From: Dicyema japonicum
Lineage: Eukaryota > Animalia > Dicyemida
Assembly (NCBI GenBank): GCA_011109175.1
Contig: RDEW01000002.1
Coordinates: forward strand, 2,210,997 to 2,274,996
Direction: 5' to 3'
Length of the DNA: 64,000 nucleotides
Shown in pieces: positions 51,116 through 63,326 of this stretch; the first letter of the stretch is position 1; each line of letters begins with the position of its first letter. Both the position numbers and the translations under genes were made by a program. The notes beneath the pieces were generated by a model. It searched no databases and had not been told where the DNA came from. It saw only the letters and a list, made by a program, of their open reading frames with translations.

Positions 51116-53049
51116 TTTTATTAAAGTGACATAATGCTCATTCAAGCATTCGCATTACGACTTAGAGGCACTTAGAATTAACGATAGTTTTACATTCAAA
51201 TTATAAGCCCATTCCCTAAAGAGTATTTGTTTGGTCCTTGAAACCTTGTGGTTTATTGATTGGACGCACTTTGATGTACTATTGTATAGCTCTAGTGCAC
51301 TTTATGTCCTCACTCCTTTTGTGGCCACCACTCCTCTTTACCGACGTACGTAAATTGGATGATGTAAAAGATGTCCTCTTTCCTTTTGAACCTCTTCAAG
51401 TTGACAGTAAATCATTTTTTTGAATGTCCTGGACTAGTACACTGTTCGTCTACCATGCCAAGTTGACTGATCTATGGGAGAGACAGGTATTTGCTGCGTA
51501 CTACTTAATAGCCCCTGGGCTCCGAAATGTTAGTGAGATATGGTCACTCAATTAAGTAACTAACACCTAATTAAGGAATATTCAGTTCCCACGTTTTCAA
51601 GCACTACGCATATCCACATCCGCCATTGTAAAAAGCCCTTTAGTTAGGTTGAGAAGAGAGAACAAACGGCAGTGTCCAACTTCACTCGGATCTATCCTTT
51701 GTCTTTATTAAATTGATATTTTTTAAGTATTTCTATGACGTCATCAATTGCGGTTTATTCGATTATGCCTTGAAGTACTTTAATGGTTGACTAGATAGCC
51801 TTGTTCGTTAGGAAAATAGAGTTGACGTATCAATTGTCTCCCGACTGATGCTCTGCTCATTGGGAGAAGGTAGATGAGGCGTTGAATCCTTCACGAGGGA
51901 ATTAAGATAGTAATGATTCAGAGATACGCAATTCGAATAGTTGTTGTTAGGAGTTATTCGGGGGGTAATAGAGTTATCAGTCTTCCACCTGTAAGGACTT
52001 ACACATTGGTCATAAATAATTAATTTATTATGATTGAATTTCAGTTGAAATTATCGTTTTGTAGAATCATGGCTAACGAAAAGCGAGAAAAATAATAAAT
52101 ATTACGAACAACCAAAATGGTCATGTTTTAGTGGCAGACAAATACTTCTTCTAAGCAATATGAGTTGAAAGCTCGATAGTTCCCAGTTTCAGTCTCCTTA
52201 AGCGTAAGTCTTTATTCAAACACCACTCTCATGATGGTTTTAGTGGCCGTAAAAGCGATTGCCACGTTGTTAATCGTGGTTTATCCAGAAGGTTGAATTC
52301 TTGGAAAAAAGAATCGGGTGATAATTCTCCAGAACCTTAATATTATCTGCAGGATACAGTGAATGCCTGAGAAGCGATTTTTTCTGGACAGAGGGTGGTA
52401 GGCTTTATCTGACTTTACGCAAATAGAGTTTTACTATAAAGACATTAGAGAGACCACGTGGACAATGTTTAGGGACTCTACCGCGGGTTTTCCTACCTTA
52501 AATAAATCTGAGTAATCTTTGTGTTCAATACTGCACGTGGTGTTTCATGATCTCCACGTGGTGGAAGTGCTTGGCGACAACCATAAATCATGCTGTTAGA
52601 AATCATTTACGTGCAGTCTCAAGAATGACCATCAATTTTCAAGTTTTACTATTTTGCAAGGTCAAAATCGAAACTGTTATTCATCTCTCGATAAAAAATT
52701 TATTTTCCAGGATGGATGACTCACCATCAATGCTAATACAGAAAAACAAGTTAACAGTTGACAACAAATTAAGTACCACAGTTGCAGAAACTGAGTCCTT
52801 CCAATGTCACAAAGTCCATCAAGACCTAGTATAAAGTGTCCATTCAGTGCAGCCGTTGGAACCCCTCCAGTAGAGTGGGGATTCTTTTGCATGCCACCCT
52901 GCTACTGGATTAAATGACACGACTCTATTAGAAACGAAATGGGGATGAACATAATTATGCTAACTTTTATGCTAAAAGTCTACTTTATGAGACAGCTCTT
53001 GATTTATTTACCCCCGCTCCATTTGAGTGAAAGATACTGGTGGCTAACA

Positions 53050-53190
53050 AATACGTAACAGTCAAGAGTGGACGCTCCCAGAGATCTACAGGTATATTTG
53101 GTTCTGTGGAGAACTAGGAGATGGACCCGGACAAGAGACGAGGTGACACGTCTTCTGGTCGTCAAGAAATGAGAAAGCTCTTATTGTAAT
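53050..53190 (-). mobile_element. Ingi-like LINE 3' end remnant
   Basis: VDLWERPLL motif; homologous to 54935-55095 (plus) and to the DLWERP end of the 57612-61200 element. Confidence 0.6.
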
Positions 53191-54929
53191 GAATTATGAT
53201 TTACAGGGAAGTAAATAAATGAAATAATTTGATTTAAAATATAAACCTGGTGACGACCTGGACACTGAGGGATCTGGCTGAGAACTGAAGAGCTTGGAGC
53301 AAGCTAACTTTTTCTCTTATATTTCTTATGCCTGCAAATACTAGTACTTAGTCAAGACGTTTGAGCAACCACCGACACACTGATATCCTCAGCAAACGTG
53401 TGTTTAATGCTTCTCCATGAAAATTGAACTTTGTTACCTTCCAAATCCAAAAAATCGTCCAATTCAATGTTAGGTCCCTTTTATACCCAATTTACGAGCC
53501 ATGGTTGTGCCGTTTGGTGAACAAGCCAATCCAGATCAAAAATTGAGAAGATTAATTTTACACAGTCGCCAAGACCATTGTTCGACAAAGGCAACGCAGT
53601 TCAAGGACCTCATGCGGTAATCGGGTGCCACATTCTCGAATGGCCAAAACGAGGATACAGAAAAAGTGTGGTTCCAGAAAGAAACACAATACTAAACAAT
53701 GTGATCAAAAATGATGCCTTACCCAATATTTAGTTAATATCATGGTGATTTGGTCTAATAATGTGTATTCGTAATACAGAGAAATGTATGTGGGAGATAA
53801 ATCAAAGGGGGTTGATACTTTGGATACATCGAGAGTAGTAAAGTACTAGTAACGTATATATAATTTCCACTATCGCATTTTAAGGGATAAGTCCTTCTGA
53901 AAGCAAATCCATACAGAATCACTGTTGTGGGAACCCTCCAAGGATTGATTCAGTTACGTGGGGGAGGAAAATAAAAGGTTTATAGATTTTATATATTGAG
54001 TAACCCTAAGACTGCTACAAAAAGTTTTCAAAAATTAACTATTAGATGATCCCCCATAATAATAGCATTTTTCTTACATGTTTCGTTAATAAATCTACGG
54101 TCTCCCAAAAGTATATCCACATCAATTTGGTACTTAGAAGCCATAATTTGATGTACTTTTTAGCCAAAGAGTATTCATTCTCAAGGCAGAGTATTGGATT
54201 CCTCGGAAACATTCCCATCCCTTATACACGAATCCAATAAACAAAGCAGGAACAGCATAATTCAACGACGTTCTAATAAACTCTGTAGACAACTGATAGA
54301 CTTTCCTTGCTCTTGACAAATGGCGTCTCCACCACGGACAGCAGCAAGTTGAACCTTATCTGAAATTTTTGGCATATTTAAGAAACTTCAACTACCAAAG
54401 ATATACACTTTAACTACTAGTCCCAATATTTTTTGGTTTTTTACATAGGAAGAGGAGGGTTGTTAGGACTAGCATAGGTGCCATGTTGAACTGACGACAG
54501 TCACTTTTAAAAACGGTTTGTTGTAGGAACGTCCAAGACGGCCAAACAGAACCTGAGTATAAGCGATAAGTCCCTGTTCTTCCCCAAGAAACTCGGAAAT
54601 ATTGCCATGCTCAGAAGCCATGATGACCGCTAAACTTAATGGCTAATCCGGTTAGTTTCTATAGCTGTAAGAGGGGAAACGTTGCATCAATAAAGTCGAC
54701 AGGAATAAAATAATAACTTGTAGCAGTTATTAGTTCTTTACACATAACTAAGCCCTCTCAGTCACGACAGAAAACAATCCATGACTGGATATCCACTAAA
54801 GCCATCAGATGCCTTGGTATAAACAAGCTTCTGGAGCGTTTCCACCTATTGTTGACGGAACGTGGTGGTCATCATTCGAATTTACATTCATATATGTACA
54901 GGATTGGACAATCGTCTTCTCCACTGTCT

Positions 54930-55100
54930 CCACCAAACTTTCTTGACGACCAGAAGACATCTTTTCACCTATCTGGGTTCACCTAACAGTTCTCTTCAGA
55001 ACCAAATATACCTGTCGGATATCTTGGAGCATCCGCTCTTGGCTAACGTTTTTGTTAGCCACCGCTTTCTTTTACCTGAAGGCACAGGGGGTAAATAAGA
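54930..55100 (+). mobile_element. Ingi-like LINE 3' end remnant
   Basis: CTTTCTTGACGACCAGAAGAC..CAGAACCAAATATACCTGT shared with 53080-53170 (inverted); GGGGTAAATAA tail. Confidence 0.55.
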
Positions 55101-55159
55101 ATATGGTTGCAATAGTTATATGTTTGACATCACCCCAGATGTGATGAGTAAAAAAATTA

Positions 55160-55410
55160 ATATTAGTTATCATTAAAGACTCTCAATAGCAAATGGGACA
55201 GACGAGTGATCCTCCGTAATGCTTCAGTACTTCCTTCTCTTCTGATCTTCGACTCGGTTGAAAGCATAACCTGGGTCAGAGACTGAAACTGCCAAATTTT
55301 TCTAGAGTATGTATCAACACACGTAACTTCCCAAACAAGGTTCCGACCATTAGCAAAAAAAGACCTTGGCCCACAAGCTGACATTCTGTGGTAATTATGA
55401 TATCTTTCCA
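55160..55410 (-). mobile_element. CRE-clade 3' fragment
   Basis: FANGRNLVWEVTCVDTYS; same subfamily as 48780-48930. Confidence 0.75.
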
Positions 55411-56569
55411 AAATGTCTAGTCGATATGACTTCCCAAGTCACTTTTTACAAAAAAAACCGTAAAGCCAATTTCTTATAAGAATAGTACACCGAAATATCG
55501 AGTTTACAATAAGTCTTCCAAATAAAATAACTTACACCTGATAAAATGAGTCTTGAGAGTTTTAATGATGCCAATATCATGGGTTAAAGCAAACCCGAGC
55601 TTGTAATTCAGTTTCATCCAGATTATTGACTTTGTCGGGTTTATATGCTTTGAAAAGTCAAGTCGTCAAAGTTCGCATTTCTCTGTGTAACTCTATTGAT
55701 TTGTTTATTATGATAAAGCGAGACTTCATTATTCTAGTTTTCAGACAGGTGATTCATTATAACTTGGGTCGATTTTCCCATCGTCTTGTCATGGAATATA
55801 CGCAACTACCGGTGAGAGTTATTAATTTATACTATTATCCTTGAATTTTATGCTATATCTGTTGAACCTTGCTTAGTATTTTCTAAAGTAACAATTCACC
55901 TTCTTGGCGTTTATGAATAAGCCCAGCAAGGTGACATCAATGAAATTCCTATTTTCGGTTATTTTTAACAACATTGAACAGATAAGGAGAATCCTAAAAT
56001 GATGCCCCTATTGGAAATACAATCATATTTTTTAAATGAATAGAAAGTTTATTATTATCCTTTTTTGGTCCATCCCATAAGGTTGGGGAGAATGTGGTCT
56101 TATCTTACAAACACAACAACGTCGTGAGTGAATTAGATAACATTTAAAAAAATTTATTGTTAAATTTTTATTTTTATAATTTCTAACTAATATAAAGTTT
56201 ATCCACAAGTCAATCCACGAAAAATTGAGGGTCTTCCCACATCCTACTCATGGAAGCTAAGATCCGTAGTCGTGGCTCCGGATTTCTTCGCGTCTGTGAA
56301 GAAGATGGAAATCCGTTTCGCCTAATCTTTTCCATGACAAGAGAAAACCGATTGGATAAGAAATTCCCCTTCCCGATCGGATTCATCTACAAGACCGAGA
56401 GAAGGCTTTTCCGGAAAGTAGTGGGGACGATGGAAGATCACAGACGTCGAATGGCACAATTGATTGCGAGGACTGGGATCACCTTACTGTTTGACTCTTT
56501 TGTCTTTCTTTCTCGGTGTTCCCGGGGTTATTAAATAAATAAATAAAAATAAAATCCTCAATAAAACCA

Positions 56570-57600
56570 AAACGCGAGGCAATTTCGAACAGCCTTTTAA
56601 TGGACGTCGTGGAGAAGGCTATTCAAAACCAGAAGTCGTCTTACGCAAGGGGTCCAGATGAAATTCCCTTTATTGTACTTAGAAAGATAAACCCATGCAC
56701 CATCTCGGCCTTGATCAGAATTTACAACCTCTCCATCAGTAGGAATTCGATTTCTATCCTATGGAAATTATCCCATATTTGGTCCGTTTTTAAAACCTGG
56801 ACGCCCGTAGGACTTCCAGCTTTGTACATACCAATATCCCTTTGGTGTGGCACCTTCAAAATCCAGGAAAAACTCATTCTTTATCGGATTAAACCTTTCC
56901 TCCTAGACGTTTCATTCCAACATGGCTTTAAGAATGCTCGTTCCATAACTACCTATTATCAATGATCAGGAGACCATGTTTTTATCTTAAATCTCTTTCC
57001 AGGACTGTGGCGATGGTTCAGTCACACCTTAACAGGTGTGTGACTGGCTATCCATGATTTTGCTGTCTGTGTCTGCATCCAAGTCTCAGTTCACCCTATT
57101 TACTACGGACAGAAGATTTAAAGGTGGACTTGAGATATTCCTCGGAAACATTCCCATCCTTTATACACGAATCCAGAGATCCTTGGAGTAACTTTCGACT
57201 CTCTGATGACGTTTGCCAGTCACACGGAGGAGGTGCTAACCAAGGTCTTCGAAAATGGAACGTCCTCAAAGCCATCGTAAAGAAGAGCCCTTTGCTTCCT
57301 ACTGCTTGGATCAGCAAAGTATATCTCCAAGTTATTGCGCCGACGATTGAATATGCCTGTTCTGCCTGGAGATTCGCTATTCCTTCTACGAGGGTGGAGT
57401 GTGTGAACTCATTCAGACGGAAGATCATGAGGCATATACAATCAGACTCCACATTCGTCCCCAGTCTGCGTTTAGAGGAGGCGACAGTGAGACATGGCTT
57501 GGCTTCCTATGTATGTACAATGATCTAGGAAACCCATTCAGAGAGAGGGTGGTTCATGTGGAGGAATTCAGATCGGCATTAAAAAGTGCACTCCGATAGA
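56570..57600 (+). mobile_element. Ingi/I-like LINE RT remnant, decayed
   Basis: KSSYARGPDEIP..LIRIYNLSI..FQHGFK; IAPTIEYACSAW. Confidence 0.75.
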
Positions 57601-59626
57601 ATTCCTCTGCAGAAATTAAATTAAATTATTAACCCCGGCTTCGCCAGCAAGTGGGAAGCCGGCGACCATCAAGAGCGTGCAGTCCGGACAGGCCGCTCCC
57701 AGAGATCCTCGACTTTTGCATCCGGTGGTCCAGGGCAGGGAAAAAGGTCTCGAACTACTATGCCAGCCAGAAAAGGGTGGTGTCCACATCGTAGGCGAGC
57801 CAGTCCGATTCTGATCTTCCTCGGGAGCGATTGTTCCGTTGGACTGATATCAGGGGGGAAGCGCTCCAAGACTTTGTTATATTGAAGTGTCCTAATGGCC
57901 CGTGTTGAGATGAAATCATGGATTCGGCGGGTCCAAGTTGAGTCTTCTTGAGGGGGGTGATCTTCGACAAGGCTCTTTGTAGGTCAAAGAGGGTCCTGCG
58001 TATGTATCTGCGGTTATTGTTACTTAGCAGAGCGTGAACTGGGTGATTCGGGTCGAACGACTGCCGTAGGAATTGTAAATTACGCATTTCCAGGTGGTCA
58101 TAGAGCGGGAGGATTTTCGACTCCCAATGTAAATGGTCGGTGGGGGTTGACTTTAAGCAGCCAGTTATTATTCTCAGCGCCGAGTTTTGCACTTTCTGCA
58201 GTTCTTGAGAAAGGGACAAGGAGATTGAGGGGGCCCAACTTGGTGAGGCGTAGTTGAGTGTAGTCCTGATGAACTGTTTGTAGAGAAGAGTTAAGTTTTC
58301 TTTTTGCTGACCGTTTGAGTGGCCAGCTACTGCCCGTAATATGTTAAGTTTCCGCTTGGCTTTTGTCATTACTTCCTCCACTTGTCTGTTGAAACAGAGT
58401 GAAGGATCGAAGACAACTCCAAGGATCTTCGGGTATTTATTTAAGGGGAGTGGTTCGTCACCCAACGAGAGTGTGGGGTTTAGGTTGAATTGTCTTCGAT
58501 CGGTTGTGAACAGGGTAGCTGATGACTTCGAGGTGGAAACACTCATCCAGTTTAAGTTCATCCAGTCGGATAGCAAGTTCAGGTGGTACTGCACTTTTTC
58601 GGTGGCCAGTCGAACATCGCCACTCCTGGATGCGATTACTAGATCATCGGCATATGTCAATAGTAACGTATTTTGGGTTGTTGGGATGTCTTTGACGTAA
58701 AGGTTGAAAAGTGAGGGTGAAAGGACTGATCCCTGGGGAACACCGTTTGGTAGGAGTCGATATCTTGATAGATTTGAATATAGACACGTATGACCCAGTC
58801 TTCCCGAGAGGAAATTTGTGAGCCATGACTTCCATACAGAGGGAATATTTGAAGAATAGATCTTGTTGCAGAGGACCACACGGGAGATTCTGTCGAAAGC
58901 TTTAGTTAGGTCAATAGAGGCCAAGACAGTTCGTTCCGGGGGTTTGCAGTTGTTGAAACCGTTGGAGATGTATTGGGTTAGTGTCAGTAAGTGCGTGGTG
59001 GTCGAGTGTAAAGGACGGAAACCATGTTGTGAGTCGGAGAGGTCGAGGTAGGGGGTGATTTCGTTAAGAATGATCCTTTCGAGGATTTTTGAGACAACAG
59101 ATGTTAAGGAAATTGGCCTGAACGAAGAGGGCAAGGAGGAGGCTTTGTTGTTCTTGAGTATTGGGATAATGTTCGACTTCTTCCATAACATCGGGATGAA
59201 ACACCTGTTGATGGAGAATTCGTAGATATCTTTAAGTGCCAAGAGCCCGTTTGGACCGAGGTGCTTTAGGTGGAATATGCTGATCCGATCGGGTCCCGTG
59301 GCTGGTGAGTTTCTTGAGTTTGTAATGAGGTTTTGAACATGACTTACTGATACTTCGAATCGTGCCTTTGTTACCCTTGGGGGTTTAGTAATATGAGGTC
59401 GATTTTCTTTATTCATTGGAATATGACTCATTTTGCAATAGTGAGTCATCAAGTCATTTGCCTGGCAGTGGAAATCTTTCGTTTGGTTGTCCTTTCCAAG
59501 TCTACCTCCATGGGTTGTGCTCGATTCGGTTTGATTTGATTGTATTTCTCTGATAAATCTCCAGAAACTTTGGGGTTTTGATTTTGGATTCAATCGAGAG
59601 ACGAAAGTGGACCACTTCTCCTTTTT

Positions 59627-60251
59627 AGCTCCGTAATGAGGTGGGTTATCTTCTTGTTTAGGGAAGAAATTTCATCTTGGAGTTGCTGGTTGGTTGTTCG
59701 GGAACGTTTTAGGCGTCTTCTCTCACAGATGAGATCCAATATTTCTTTGTTGAAAAATAGTTTGTAATCATGGATGAATCCTTTAGGGACGTGCTTTCTA
59801 TATCCGCCGAAAGGATGGCTGAGTTGAAATGTGCAATGGCTTTGTCTGGAGAGGTAAAATTATTCACAGAGAAGTTTCCAGCGACGTTTAATTTGAATAA
59901 TAATAAAAGCCTTTTCAGAGAGCCATAGTATTTATAGCTCCGCAAAGGCAGGACACACACACTTATTTAAGTAAAGAATAGTTAATTTTTGAGCTCCGTA
60001 ATGAGGTGGGTTATCTTCTTGTTTAGGGAAGAAATTTCATCTTGGAGTTGCTGGTTGGTTGTTCGGGAACGTTTAGGCGTCTTCTCTCACAGATGAGATC
60101 CAATATTTCTTTGTTGAAAAATAGTTTGTAATCATGGATGAATCCTTTAGGGACGTGCTTTCTATCCGCCGAAAGATGGCTGAGTTGAAATGTGCAATGG
60201 CTTTGTCTGGAGAGGTAAAATTATTCACAGAGAAGTTTTCCAGCGACGTTT
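59627..60251. repeat. ~260-bp direct duplication (59627-59889 and 59992-60251) flanking a SINE fragment
   Basis: The two copies differ only by four small indels. Confidence 0.92.
59890..59991 (-). mobile_element. 5'-truncated SINE (3' 102 bp)
   Basis: Reverse complement matches 6338-6434, including the (TTA)n tail. Confidence 0.9.
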
Positions 60252-61013
60252 CGACGTCAACCGTGAAGTCGATCCATCTCGCCCTTTTGTAGTTCACATA
60301 GGTTTCGCCTCGACATAGTTCGTCCGAAATGCAAGAAGATGTCGATCAGAATAGGGTTATGATCTGAGGGTAAGTCATATCTGACATCCCAGTAGATCGA
60401 TTTTGCAAGGGAGCTGAGCATATGGAGAGGTCGGGAGACGTGTTAGGATCCCCAGGGCGTGTTCCACATCTCGTGTGTTGGCGGGGGTTATTCAATATCA
60501 CTAGGTGTTTTCAGAGATCACTTGTTTCCCTCTGTGGTCCGAATTCTGGTTTCGGAACCATAGTGGATCTTTAGCGTTTAGATCGCCGCAAATAACTATG
60601 TTTTCGTATAGTTGAAGGAATTCTAGGTTTGGTCGGTAACTCTTCTGGCAACAAGACGAAGGGGGAATGTAGATATTCAGAATTGTGTAAGGAGTTGACA
60701 TAATATTGATGGTGATGGATAGCAATTCCATATGTTTATCAGAAGCCGCTGTCAATGCGTGGTCAGTGGTAATCGTGAATGGGATGGAGTTGTGAATGAG
60801 GGTGACCAGGCCACCACCGTGAGATCCATTTGATCGCTCAGAACGGAGCAAAGAGTAGTTTTTGAATTTTGGTGTTTGGGAGAAGGCAGACAAACGTGAC
60901 TCCTGTAGAAGGGCAATATCAATACGGTGTTTAACCAAGTACTCAGCCAATTCGGTATGTTTCGAGGTGATTCCATTGGTGTTAAGTTGTAAGATTCTGA
61001 TGGGTCTATTCTG

Positions 61014-61052
61014 CGGCCCTGGGTTTAGTTCAATGTCACCGGATGTCAGGAG
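61014..61052 (-). other. 2A-like StopGo (ribosome skipping) peptide LLTSGDIELNPG/P
   Basis: Exact match to the D(V/I)ExNPGP consensus, in frame and directly upstream of the APE domain. Confidence 0.85.
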
Positions 61053-61279
61053 GGATTCTTGGGAGCGAAAGCTTCGTGCCCGCTCAATGGTCGCCATCGA
61101 GATCTGCAGAAATAAAAGAAGACACTTCAGAAACGCTGTTGGTTCACTGGCGGAGCATTCGAAAAGAATTCGAGAGATCTTGAAGGCTGGGATCACTTAA
61201 TTTAACAAGTTAATTATTTCTTGGTGGTCTCGGGGTTTTAAAATAAAAAAATAAAAAATAAAACTACCCACCTTACTTG

Positions 61280-61620
61280 CTTGACAAAATTCATCAAGAA
61301 AAGCCTTCAACGCAAACCTCGGCATCAAAAGACCATTTAGTGTTCCATTGACATACAGAAGGCTTTTGACTCAATACCGAGGAAACTGCTCACTAAGAAG
61401 ATTAATGGCTCTAACATTCCGAATAACATGAAAATTTGGCTTGCTAACTTCCTCAACGGAAGAAGAGGAAGAGTAATATCCCATTCCACATCTTCAGTCA
61501 CTAAATATCTGCCGAACGGGGTCCTGCAAGGATCCCCCTCTCTCCAATTCTCTCCAAACTATTCATTAGCGACATGCCTTCTACGGTTACGACGATACCC
61601 TATTCTTTGCTTACGCCGAC
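61280..61620 (+). mobile_element. Ingi/I-like RT fragment
   Basis: IDIQKAFDSIPR..WLANFLNGRRGRV..PNGVLQGSP..AYADE. Confidence 0.75.
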
Positions 61621-61779
61621 GAAAGAGAATTGCAATGATAAATTCCCGATTAAATGAAACTATGGAGCAACATTGTGATCGTTTAATGCAAGTGAGGTTA
61701 CATACACAACAAATGCGGGCTGAAGAATTGGCAGAACAGAATAGCAGGTTGTATGTATGTGGCACCATAACTCGCGATA

Positions 61780-61995
61780 AAATTTAAAGGCGAAGTAGTA
61801 ATGATTCCAAGAAGTAAAATCAGTTTGGAAGAGGACGATCACGTACCGTTTGAAAGAACTCAACTTCCAGTGAAGATCTGTTTTGCTATGACTGTACACA
61901 AAGCCCAAGGACAGACGATGAACAAGGTATCAGTGCTTTTGGAAAGATCTGTGTTTCAACATGGATAACTCTACGTGCTTTGAGCAGGGCAAAAT
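61780..61995 (+). mobile_element. Helitron/PIF1-type helicase C-terminal fragment
   Basis: GEVVMIPR..FERTQLPVKICFAMTVHKAQGQTMNKV..VFQHG*LYV.LSRA. Confidence 0.8.
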
Positions 61996-62846
61996 TTAAA
62001 GTTTATATTGTTATTTTTTTTCTAATGAAGATTACAAAATATTTGTACAATTAAATAGACTAAATATCACTTCCTTAGTTACTTCCTATTTCTTACACAT
62101 TTACACAATATAGTCATGTCGTCTACCGGTCGAATGAGTGTGACACCGTTGTTTCGTGAAGTGTCTTCATCTTCTTAAGATGAATGTGACTTCTAGTTCC
62201 CCTTTTTCTCTCATGGATGTACGAACTGATTGAGGAGGCATTGGATATACAATGTTTCAAAATATCGGGTCACTATGCTTCGAATTTCATCTGGCACAGA
62301 ATTTGGAGGAACTTGCACAAGTTCATTTTGGGGAGATCAGGGAATTATTGGATATCTTCTAGAGTTGTGAGATTCACGGAAATCTAGGGATGAAGTGAAG
62401 ATTTACTAACAAATGAGAGTTAGCTAGATCAAACTAGCCCGATCATTTCCAACAGCTCCATAAGAATGCCATCTTCGGTGTTCCTCTCGTCTTAGTTTTC
62501 ATTTGAATTCTCAAGTCGACTGTGCACTTGCTCTACAGTCCTTGAGATGTTAGTCTTATTACATTCGTTAGAGGAAGTCATCCTATATTTGTATTCTATA
62601 TGGATACTCTCCGATGTTTGTGATAACCACCGACTGAATATTCTCGTATTGGACCCCCACATCAAGAGAACTAAGGTGATGGCCGTAGAATTCACCACAA
62701 TAGCATCCCATGTTAGTACCATGTTACTTTTGCTCCCCTATTGATGTCTCACTCCCCTATTGATTAATCGAATTTACGAATACAGTCGACTTAATGTTAC
62801 TTCCTACTAAATCGCTTTCAAATTAAAAAAATTAAAAGAATAGTTA

Positions 62847-63326
62847 CTACGTGTTTTTCTCATCTTCGGAAATATCCCCTTTCTGAGGATTGCCCAGTCC
62901 TGCAGGATCACTGAAATCATAGACATTCGTGAGGTTCCCATTACTGCTAGGACGTTCATTTCTTGAACGTATTTTCCCACGGTAAAACTCTCTGTAGGAT
63001 TCGATCAAGGGATAGAGAACGTCTACATTGAAGCAGTCCCTTGAGAAGACGACTTCTTCTTTAATATATATGAGGTATTTGTAAAAATCCGGAAAATACT
63101 TTTCATCGTACATTTTCACGATTGAATATATAAAGTTTATTAGATCATCCTCCTTAATCAGACTCAATTTCTTTTTATAGTCACATTTCTCTAAGTAAAA
63201 CTCTACGTCTTCATGTTCGGGATCATACTCTTCTACGGCCTCTTCTTCAGACTCAACATCACCATAAACGGCTAAAACCTCATTAGAATTATCACCTCCA
63301 AGCATTTCCTCCCAGTGCTTCTTCAT
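62847..63326 (-). CDS. Hypothetical acidic protein, 159 aa, intronless
   Basis: ATG-initiated open frame of 480 nt in AT-rich DNA, with protein-like composition; no motif recognised. Confidence 0.45.
   Translation of the reverse strand: MKKHWEEMLGGDNSNEVLAVYGDVESEEEAVEEYDPEHEDVEFYLEKCDYKKKLSLIKEDDLINFIYSIVKMYDEKYFPDFYKYLIYIKEEVVFSRDCFNVDVLYPLIESYREFYRGKIRSRNERPSSNGNLTNVYDFSDPAGLGNPQKGDISEDEKNT

Larger units (their letters stand above)
57612..61200 (-). mobile_element. Near full-length, young Ingi/I-group single-ORF LINE (2A - APE - RT - C-terminal zinc region)
   Basis: APE ILQLNTNGI..LLQES..CGDLNA (60501-61013); RT 611-aa ORF with GVPQGSVLSPSLF and YADD; end LPRKIRIGLARLRCGHH..DLWERP; 3' hairpin CCGGCTTC..GAAGCCGG (57635-57662) and a TAAT-rich tail. 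Only a few indels. Confidence 0.92.

Noticed and set aside
1505-55410. Spliced-leader RNA gene array as the CRE target
   Set aside because: No conserved flanking sequence or SL-like repeat next to the CRE junctions.
58341-59051. Plus-strand ORFs in the ORF track (also 60862-61200, 2004-2330, 27541-27912, 38118-38402)
   Set aside because: Antisense shadows of RT/APE/REL frames.
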